Shown here one piece after another: positions 1-10,900 of a DNA stretch of 64,000 nt. A program made the position numbers and the translations under genes. The notes beneath the pieces are model-generated. The model did not search any database and was not told where the DNA came from. It saw only the letters and a program-made list of their open reading frames with translations. Origin of the DNA: Octopus bimaculoides (taxonomy: Eukaryota); the NCBI RefSeq assembly GCF_001194135.2, contig NC_068999.1, positions 3,984,532 to 4,048,531 on the forward strand, in the 5' to 3' direction. Every line of letters begins with the position of its first letter. Within the stretch, counting starts at the first letter, position 1.

Positions 1-58
<58 letters not shown>
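1..58. repeat. (TA)n microsatellite
   Basis: Direct reading. Confidence 0.99.
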
Positions 59-431
59 TAGTATGTATGTTTGTGTGTGTGTATGTATAAATGTATGTAT
101 ATGTATATACATACATACAGATATACAGACATATAGACAGACATATAAAAGAGGTGACAACACAAACTAAGATTGTGTTGATCGTGAGCGTTCTTAGACA
201 CACGCACGCACACACGCACACATATCTCTGTCTGTTTGTCTGTCTGTCTATTTACCTCCCCACCTATTTGTAATTCTATACTCTTCTTTATTTCATTTCA
301 TCATTTTCTTTTTTAAAAGGTCAGTTACCCGGTCTCAATGTGAACTGGGTCATGTGTAAGTGACCGCGATGATAATATGTAATATTTTGCCCTGAACGCG
401 GTTCCGTTGCACGATTCAAGGTCAACAGATT

Positions 432-590
432 TGAAGGGGTGGGGCAAGTCAATTACATCGAATTGGCTGCTACTTTATTTTACCGTCTCCGAAAGGATGA
501 AAGACAAAGTTGACCTCGGTGGGATTTGAACTCAGTACCTAAAGAGCAAGAAGAAATGTCGCTAAGCCTTTTTCTCTGATGTGCTAACAA
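432..590 (-). mobile_element. tRNA-derived SINE family A (partial)
   Basis: Reverse complement contains ctgagttcaaatcccaccgaggtcaactttgtctttcatcctttcgg (B-box-like plus body), shared with many copies in the window. Confidence 0.8.
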
Positions 591-1440
591 ATTTTTTTTT
601 TTTTATATACGAGGGNNNNNNNNNNNNNNNNNNNNNNNNNNNNNNNNNNNNNNNNNNNNNNNNNNNNNNNNNNNNNNNNNNNNNNNNNNNNNNNNNNNNN
701 NNNNNNNNNNNNNNNNNNNNNNNNNNNNNNNNNNNNNNNNNNNNNNNNNNNNNNNNNNNNNNNNNNNNNNNNNNNNNNNNNNNNNNNNNNNNNNNNNNNN
801 NNNNNNNNNNNNNNNNNNNNNNNNNNNNNNNNNNNNNNNNNNNNNNNNNNNNNNNNNNNNNNNNNNNNNNNNNNNNNNNNNNNNNNNNNNNNNNNNNNNN
901 NNNNNNNNNNNNNNNNNNNNNNNNNNNNNNNNNNNNNNNNNNNNNNNNNNNNNNNNNNNNNNNNNNNNNNNNNNNNNNNNNNNNNNNNNNNNNNNNNNNN
1001 NNNNNNNNNNNNNNNNNNNNNNNNNNNNNNNNNNNNNNNNNNNNNNNNNNNNNNNNNNNNNNNNNNNNNNNNNNNNNNNNNNNNNNNNNNNNNNNNNNNN
1101 NNNNNNNNNNNNNNNNNNNNNNNNNNNNNNNNNNNNNNNNNNNNNNNNNNNNNNNNNNNNNNNNNNNNNNNNNNNNNNNNNNNNNNNNNNNNNNNNNNNN
1201 NNNNNNNNNNNNNNNNNNNNNNNNNNNNNNNNNNNNNNNNNNNNNNNNNNNNNNNNNNNNNNNNNNNNNNNNNNNNNNNNNNNNNNNNNNNNNNNNNNNN
1301 NNNNNNNNNNNNNNNNNNNNNNNNNNNNNNNNNNNNNNNNNNNNNNNNNNNNNNNNNNNNNNNNNNNNNNNNNNNNNNNNNNNNNNNNNNNNNNNNNNNN
1401 NNNNNNNNNNNNNNNNNNNNNNNNNNNNNNNNNNNNNNNN

Positions 1441-1489
<49 letters not shown>

Positions 1490-2087
1490 TATATATTTAT
1501 TTATACACGTGTGCGTGTGCGTGTGTGTGTCTATGGATATATATATATATACATATACATATAAATAAATATATTATATATACATACATATATATATATG
1601 TAGATATATGTATGTGTGTATGTATGTATGTATGTATGTATGTATATAAGCGTATGTGTGAATATATAGATATAGATATACGTAGACATGTGTTTGTAGA
1701 TGGCTTTGCTGATACAGACGGCAAAATAAAACTCCGAACAGGAGTAGGGGTATATATATATATATTATTAATTTGATAAGTGCCAATGCACGAATCTCTC
1801 GACCCTTGAGTCACTATGTAACTTTCGCCGATTAATGATAAATAAATAAATAATATATAATTTTATATGTATATATAAATATGTGTGTGTGTATGCGTGT
1901 ATATGGGTGTGTATGTGTGTGAGTGTACACAAACATACATTTTCATACACATGTATGCACATATACATATATATATATATATATATATACATATATATAG
2001 ATACATATATGTTTGTACGTATACGTTTGTGTATGTATGTATGTATGTACATATGTATATATATGTATGTATAGATAGTTAGTTAGT

Positions 2088-2143
<56 letters not shown>

Positions 2144-2220
2144 CAGACATATATGTATATCTATATATATAAATATACACCCACACATATACATATTGTT
2201 ATTTGTGTATGTGTGTGCGT
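1441..2220. repeat. Compound microsatellite tract (TA, TATG, CA, GATA)
   Basis: Direct reading. Accounts for the overlapping YIYI/CVCV ORFs. Confidence 0.95.
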
Positions 2221-2441
2221 GTATGAGAGAGAAATAAACAAGTTTATATTATTAATTCCTTTGCACCTTCACCATTCTGGTTGCTTGGAACCCTGCATTC
2301 GATGTTCCGAAGTATTTGTATATTTCAACAGCACCGGATCATCGCATTAAACAGATTTATTGCATTAAGCCTCAGAGAGCTACGTGGAACTCTAAATAGA
2401 ACAGGAGCAGTCATGCATCTATTTGTACACAAAAAATATAC

Positions 2442-2493
<52 letters not shown>

Positions 2494-3500
2494 TGTATGT
2501 ATATACACACACACACATACATACATACACACACACAGATTTACACACACACACACAAACAAACAAACAAAAAAACAAAAAAAAACACATGTATAAAGCA
2601 AATATGAAATGTAGGTATTGGTATTGCATTTATTCTTAGGTTACGACCGTTTCGATAATACTTAGTCAGATATACCGTTTAACATCCTGGAAAACGTGTA
2701 TCCATGAACTTAAACAATGATTATATAATTTTAAGCTATATTAAATGTGACTCATCTGTCATCTGATCAAGACCGAGCAAACAAATCAATATCATTCATC
2801 ATACATTGTGACTGACGAAAACCTCTTCGATTTTCAGTTTTTATAGAAATTTTTCTTTTCTTAGGACAGTGTTCCCTTCTTTACATACTACTTGTCAGTT
2901 TCCGCATGAGTGATGACTGAGGTAACCACCTGGATTTCACAAATACTTTATATGTTAAACTCTTCTTTTTGTTTTGCTTACGAACAACGATATAAATCAT
3001 ATTTTACTAAGTGTAAATTATATTACTTTTTTGACTTTTGTCTGAGAAGATGAACACGAATCACATGTAATGTATTGTAATAGTACACAATCATATTTAT
3101 ATTCATAGTAATGTTGAAGCTGAATCTGAACTATATAGTGTTGAAACGATCGTAATGAAGGAATAAATATATCATAATTTCCATTCCTGTATACATACAT
3201 ACATACATACATACATACATACATACATACATGCATGCATGCATGCATACATACATCGTACATACATACATACATACATACATACATAGACTGTCATGGA
3301 AAGCTTGCACAATGCATGGAGATAAATTAGTTGTCGTTGACATGGTGACGGCATGACGTAAGATTGGTTTAATTGAATGTAATGGAATAGTTGTAAACTA
3401 AGCAATAAACGCAGTGGTATATAGCTGGCTTGCACTTTGATCATTTTGAATCTATGTAAAACTTTAGGTATTCCTTCTCATATGGCCATCGTTTAGGAAT

Positions 3501-3548
3501 GAGGCACCTGATGACGACCAGAGATCAAACCGGCCGAAATGCATTGTA
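3501..3548 (+). ncRNA. Decayed type I hammerhead-ribozyme-like motif (Penelope-like remnant)
   Basis: CTGATGA (3508-3514), imperfect stem II (gacc...ggcc), GAAA (3536-3539), palindromic tgca, then TT. Stem I only 2 bp. Confidence 0.45.
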
Positions 3549-3662
3549 GATAAAATTATGAATCTCGAGTTAATAGTTATTACTTATAACTGCATGTCGT
3601 TTTCAACTTACAATGGGGGAGGGGAAGACTGATTTTTTTTCTGCAAAATTTATAGATTTGGA

Positions 3663-3729
<67 letters not shown>

Positions 3730-3846
3730 GTGTGTGTGTGTGTTTGGTTTAGTTCTTATTACAAAGTTTGCTCCAGCTGTTGCACCCGCAAGTTTTTTTA
3801 TACGCTCTATAATTATTTAGTCCTCCACGAGAGGTTCAGTTGTGAC

Positions 3847-4098
3847 CAGTGGCGGACTCGCCAGGTTGACAGCTTGCCCCATGACAAGTGGACCCCTGCG
3901 CCATTACAATCTATATATGGGGGTCCGTGATAGTATCTAAGGGGCCCATTAATTATTTCAGCCTGGCTGTGTTTGTAGACAGTTGAAAAAAATACTTTTA
4001 ACAAAAAAAAAAAAAAAAATTAAATGATAGCATTGTAGTTGTGGGTGGGCCCCCTTAGTCTCCTGGCAACCAATATTTTTAGACCCAGTCCGCCACTG
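3847..4098. mobile_element. hAT-type MITE, 252 bp
   Basis: Perfect 12-bp TIR CAGTGGCGGACT and exact 8-bp TSD GTTGTGAC (3839-3846, 4099-4106). Confidence 0.9.
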
Positions 4099-5775
4099 GT
4101 TGTGACCATTCCATGACTTAAACGTGGACTATATTATATGATATGTCCTTCATTTTTTAAGACAGTAGATCGTTATTTGAGAGGCATTCAACTGTTATTT
4201 ATACGTAGCAGGTCGAGTGGTTGCATAAAATCTTCCTCGAGAGTTCGTTTGGGTCAGAGTTAGTTATTTGATTTATTGTAGATATCAAAAAATATTAATT
4301 AATATTTGATGTAACTCCCCTTCACTGGTAATCACTGCACGAATGACTAAGCAGCCTGTTACAATAATTAATTAATTAATCTCTTCGTTAACTAAGCAAC
4401 GCTAAATAGGTTAACAAACGTATCGATAACAAAGCGCGCATAAGTGGAATGCAGTAACCACAACCACGCAGATATCTACCAATTCTAACCAACATGAACG
4501 AAATCGACTTCCCCTCTGACCATCATCAGAGGCACTTAAAGTAGAGACGTAACACTTCTTGGATTTCGTACTTTATATATGCCTCACACATCAACCAACC
4601 TAATCATTTAAAATTCCTCAAATGTTACACGCACGCACACACACATGCACACACACGCATGCACAATACACACTCACGCACGTACACACTCACACATCCA
4701 TGTTACAGTTGTGAAGCAAGCAATATTCACTGTCCTTAGCCGTGCACAGATAGCATAGGGTGATACTGTACACTACATTGTATTTATGACCGACATATTT
4801 AACTGTCGACAGTCCAGCTTACTTAGCTGTAAGTAGGTACCACGGTGTGGTATAGTTCACTACTGCAAGCAACGGTCTCTCTTTGGGACTTCCAAGTCAG
4901 CCTGACTCGACGGGTTCAATTCTCTGAGTGGTAGGCCAGCCTCTTTTCTAGAAGATAATATAACTCTCAACCATTTCTATTGAGAAATTAGCAAAAAGAG
5001 TTCGAAGCCCCACGACCACCTCCACAGAACCGTGCGCTTTATGAAGACATTTCTTATTCCTATTTTCTTCAGACAGAACGTTTGTGTGAACTGGCATAAG
5101 TTGACCTTTGTACTTCCATAACGGCGACCATTATAGTAGTCCTCTCAACTGGACTCTTCTTACAAAGAAACAACTACCACTGCTACTACTAGTAGTAGTA
5201 GACATCTGCGAACAGTGGGATATTTGTGTGTCGGCCGTGACAAAATCCCGAGTTTACGTTTTCCTTTCAGTCATGAAAGCTGAAGGAATCTAAAATAAAT
5301 AAATACAGAATGTTCTAGTTTAAAGATTGAACTAAAAGAACCGTGTCTCCTTCCTCATTGGAGATGTTTGGATAGGAATCTTACGTACGTGTCGTGTCTG
5401 AGAGCACGCGCACGCACACACAAACACACACACATATGTAATATTAGCTATCGATCCTTTTCATATGGTGATATTTAAATAAAAATCAAATCACTTTGTA
5501 CTTCAGAATTTTACTTGTATTTCTTTTTGATGATAATGGTTCTAGAGCAGAAAATTCAGGAAATACACTTATAAGTAAGACCCCTTTGTTAAACACAATT
5601 TTTAATTCATCAGCAACAAACTCAAAATAAGCCTTAGCTGTCTTATACAACCGAAACGGAAACATGTTGAGGGAGGGCAGTTTTAGTTAGAAATATACTA
5701 AGAGGGGGGTTTGTAAGGGGAAATAGTGCCATTTTATAAGAATGTAAATACCCTAGATTTATATATATATATATA

Positions 5776-6029
5776 TAGGGTTGGCCAAAAGTCACCTGAC
5801 AGTAAATCAAACTGCCCCTCCCCCCATTTAATTCCAAGATTAAAACAATAAATTATTTTATATGAGACTTCGGTAATAAATGGACAAATGTTGAAAAAAA
5901 AAAAAACGGTGATTTTAACTCGCAGCATTCAATTATTAAACATTCATAATTGGAATGAATAAATAAAATTGAATATTAAGTATTTATGGAATTTTTGATT
6001 TACTGTCGGGTGACTTTTGGCCATACCTG
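5776..6029. mobile_element. Tc1/mariner-type MITE, 254 bp, in a (TA)n tract
   Basis: About 35-bp TIRs (YAGGKWTGGCCAAAAGTCACCYGACAGTAAATCAAA) flanked by TA repeats. Confidence 0.85.
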
Positions 6030-6142
6030 TATATATATATATATATATATATATNNNNNNNNNNNNNNNNNNNNNNNNNNNNNNNNNNNNNNNNNNNNNN
6101 NNNNNNNNNNNNNNNNNNNNNNNNNNNNNNNNNNNNNNNNNN

Positions 6143-6186
<44 letters not shown>

Positions 6187-6605
6187 CTATATCTCTGTCT
6201 GTTTGTATGTTCATTCATCCTCATGTTCAGTTGAAGTAACAGAGCATTTACTGCGAGAGGTGAGAGAAAAAAAAAAGAGGAAAAAAAGGAAGAAAGAGAG
6301 AGAGTGTGTGTGTGACAGGAGAAAGTTAGTGAAGTAAGTCAAAGCAATACCAAGTAGTAATGTAGGTCTTTCATTCAGCTGTATAGTAAAGTACGAAGAA
6401 TCCACTATTAGACATAATATCCTTCACGCACCGACTTATCCTTATACATTATCTGTCTATCTATGTATAGACATATCTATCTCTGTGCAGATACATAGAG
6501 CCGTATATTTCTGCTGTAGATAATTTCTTACTTCGAAACTTTACACAGACACTCCCCGCAGAACGTATTTTTTTTTTCCTCCGAAATCAATAACACGAAA
6601 GATAA

Positions 6606-6633
6606 ATGGAACGCGAGAAACTTGTAGAAAATG
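6606..6633 (+). CDS. ANO: Anoctamin candidate first coding exon 1a (MEREKLVEN+G, phase 1)
   Basis: In-frame TAA directly before the ATG, perfect donor AATG|GTAAGT, phase matches exon 34559, CpG-retaining surroundings. Confidence 0.65.
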
Positions 6634-7860
6634 GTAAGTTGTGTATGTTTGTTCTTGAAATATGAATCCCCAAAATCTTCGTCGCAAACAAGAATAACCA
6701 GGTTCCTTCGCTGGTATGAGGAGAACTGCACGCGATATAAATGAATCTGTTAACACGACGTCGAATTCCGAATGTTGTTAAACTAGATTTTAAAAAAAGA
6801 GAAAGAGAGAGAACACACGTTTCCTCTCTCTCTCTCTCTCTCTCTTTATCTTTCTTTTCCCAACCTTGTATTGTTTGTAAAGCTTCTTTTCTTAAATTCT
6901 ATTTATTTCAATATCGTATTTTATGTATATACATTTAATTTTTTTAAATACCGGTTCGGCTTGACTGAAGGCAACTGATGGTTCATTCGCTTCACCTTGT
7001 TTTATAAATCATGACAAACTTCCAAACTCTTATGTCAGTTTGTTAAGGCCGTTAACGTAAACAGGTTAGTCTATCGAACCCTGTCTTAATATTATTTAAT
7101 ATTAGTTCTATGTTAATGTTTCTAAGTCCTACGAACTTTCTAGACGTTTAAAAAGGTAAGGTCTCCCTCCGTTTATTTGTTTTGACTTCGATCAATGTTT
7201 CTCAACCAGTTTTTAACCTGTAAACCCTTCTAATTCCTCTTTTACCCAATTGGACCCTCGTAACCGTTCGATGTTTTACAAAAAAAATTCCATGTTTTTA
7301 TAATTAAATATTGTTAGGGAACTGCATAAAAAAATTGTTTAAATATTTTGTGTATTACAGAAGTATAAGAAATTCGTTGCACATAAAGTTAAGCAACAAA
7401 ACCTTATATGGACCCGAAAGGGACATGTGGACTCCGGGTAAGAAGCACTGAATAAGATAACTGACAATGTCAGAACATTTAATGATAAGCGTTGATCCCC
7501 TGTACCATAGAAGTGGGGTTCAGTCCCGTACGATGAAACCCTGTCGTTCCACGGGGCAAATATCTATTTTGGTAGTTGCCATTCAATACGGGTAGAGTGC
7601 ATCACACACCCCGTTTACAAGTCTGCTATAAGTTTATATCTATGTATACAGTGATGGATGTATATATGTAATTATAGAATTCTGCAGGGATGTAGTTGAG
7701 TGCTTTCTTAAGAAACCAAGCAAACATTTCAGACCTTTATAAAACCTGTTTAATTAATCATTTAATTAATAAATTTTTTATTTAATATTAATTCTTTATC
7801 AATTCTCTCAAATCGTTTGTTTTATCCTAACAATCTTTCCGACACATATTGGCATATGTA

Positions 7861-7911
<51 letters not shown>

Positions 7912-10900
7912 GCTTGTATGTATGTATGTGTGTACATTAAGCATATTTGTGCATATCCTGCATAAATGTGTGTATACGATTTATATACATGTATATGCAT
8001 ATTATATATATATATGCGTGTATGCGTATGTAAATGTACATACGTACATTAAGAATATTCTGCTGTTGTTGTTATTGTTGCTGTCACTGTCTCCCTCCCC
8101 CCAACCCACCACCATCATCATAATTCCAGTGTCCTTATTTCGAAGTAATAGTAATCTTCAAATTAACTCTAGACCTTACTAATTGGTTTGTTGTGACTTT
8201 ATTATTTTTTTTGAACAATTTAAAGTAAATAAATAACAAACGGAGTCCGAGCAGGGTGGGGCCCAATGTTTTAAAACTTAATTAATAAATAAATATATAA
8301 AAATCTGTTTAATTAATTGTGTTAATAAACTCTGGTTGTGAGCACTTTACATAAGTGATATATATTTCATTTGTCACTCCCTGCCTGTGTGTCATATGAC
8401 AAGGTAATAGCGAAACACACACACACACAGACGCATATATCTACCTGAGTTGTGTTGTAGTCGAAGTCGGGTCACACCCACTCATTAAACGTTTAACCTG
8501 AGTCCAACAACAAGAGAAAATGTGTTTCGGTATCTTAAAATTTATTTTCTTTAAATCGATTTTAAGATATTTCTCGCCGTCTGCTGCCTAGCCATGTGGG
8601 CAAGTCGGAAGGGCGGGGTCTTTCCGCCAGGAGTTGGAAAAGCGGCTTATATTCACCCCCTCGGTGAAGGTCTATGTGGCTATCCAAGGGGCCAATAAAC
8701 ACCTGAAACGATTTTGAGCATTAAGGGTGCAGAATTAATAGCGGACTGATTCTGGGAGAGTTTCACGCCGCTAAAACTCACTAATTTCGCGCCAATTATC
8801 GATGTAATAATTAGTAATCGTTAAGGCGGTGAGCTGGCAGAAACGTTAGCACACCGGGCGAAATGCTTAGCGGTATTTCGTCTGTCTCAACGTACATATA
8901 TATATGTATGTATGCATGTATATGCATATATACGACGGGCTCCTTTCAGTTTCCGTCTACCAAATCCACTCCCAAGGCTTTGGTCGGCCAGAGGCTGTAG
9001 TAAAAGACACTTGCCCAAGGTGCTACGCAGTAGGACTGAACCCGGAACTATGTGGTTGGGAAGCACATTTCTTATCACACAGCCACGTCTGCGCCTACAT
9101 CGCTAATTCTTTTGTTGTTCTTTATCAATTTCGTTATTTTCATTAATATTTCCTATGCGCAGGAGTGGCTGTGTAATAAGAACAGTTCTCCTTTCAGACA
9201 CCAAATATTTAAGGTTATAATTGTTCAAGAGTAGTTTTAAACCCCTTTTTTTTTTTTTTGCATGAAGTCAGTGAGCTTCAAAGCAAGTTTCTCAGAACTG
9301 ACCTTTGCCCATAACTATGTCGCCAAAAGAAGAGAGGAAAATGAATCCTCGAAATTGACTGTATAAAATACAAATGGTCGAGTTGATTAGAGACTGGCTT
9401 CCTAACTTAAGGATCAATACTTCGAACCCCAACATAACTGCAGTATGCGCCAGGCAAAGTCAATTTGGCTGTAAAATAATCACTTTCTATAAAGAGACAC
9501 AGTTTGCCCAGTGGCGCTTGTAGGGGCACTGTAATACGTGTATATTGCCTAACTCCACAGAATTGTATTGAGAAAATTACTATTTGTAAATCTCACAACG
9601 AGAGATATTCAGCAACAGTACTTTAGAATAAAGATTATTTGCCAACATAACATGACATTCTCGGATATTGTTTTGAGCTGAGTGGGGGTGCTGGATTCCC
9701 TTGTTCTAAAATATAAGGACAAAGATCGTGTCGTATAGCCAGCTGGAGACGATGTCTCCTGGGGCTAAATCACAGCAACAGTCGTCCTAAACCAGGACTG
9801 CCGTGTTATGTTGGCAAATAATCTTTACTCCAGAATTGTATTTGTTTCACTAGAAACTTATCTTTCTTGTATAACGTGGATGGTTGGAGTTCTTTGTTAA
9901 ACTTTAGTCAGACTTTTGGTAAAGAACCTGAGTTCGAAATATTCACCATGATGTGAAGAATATTCATGACATAAACGTCAACATGTTTTAACCAGGACGC
10001 GAAACCGCATCTCGGACACCGCAATAATTATAACAACATCTTATAACTAAACAGAGCGATATAATGACTTCTTTGAATAAAAATTTCGCCAGACAGTCTA
10101 TAAGAGTGATGATAATCACACCAGAGTTGGCAGACTGGTTGTCGTGGCCTATATCTGCATGAACCGTACTGGAAAAAAATTCTAAATAAACAAACATATG
10201 AAGATGAAGTTGACGCTCTTATTTTGGCATTTCTTTCTCTAATAAAAAAAATTATTTTTTAATCGCAGAAAAGTTAGTCATTTTAAAACCAAGCATCCAT
10301 CTTTTGTGTTGTTCTACTGTCAGTCCTTAAATGGTTAACTTCGAATGGTTCAACTCACTAACCGATTTACTGGCACCGGTTCCAATTATTGGAATATTTT
10401 ATCAAATCATTTAATCTAATCCATAATATTTTCTTCTGTTGTGGCCAATAATTCACAGCAGACTAAGAGACAATCTCATCCTATTGCGTGGCACTTTGAG
10501 ACAGTGGCGTCTGCCATAACCTCGGGTCCACCAATATCTTGTGCGTGAACTTTAAAATTTAGCAAATGAAACTGTGCAGAAGTCTTTCAAAGTGATTGTT
10601 TCTGATGTTCATTGGCAGAAGACTTCATCTTTGAACGACTGCAACAGTGATATTTCATCTTGGCAATTATCTGATAGTCCCCTTGAGGGCGCAACCCCTT
10701 CGGTACCACTTTTCTATTCGACTCGTCCCTTTGTTTTTGATGCCCCTCATCTAATCTAAAAGACAACAGTTTCTTTCCTCTTTTGACGTTTTCTCATAGT
10801 TTTTGGACTCCCAGATTCTTCTTGTAAAGCATTGGTCAATATTTGTCCAAACCTGGTTACTTTTCTTTGGATTTAAACTCGAAACGCTGCCGAGACAACA

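Noticed and set aside
608-615. TACGAGGG, a possible mariner-type terminus
   Set aside because: Runs straight into an 825-N gap, so there is nothing to confirm.
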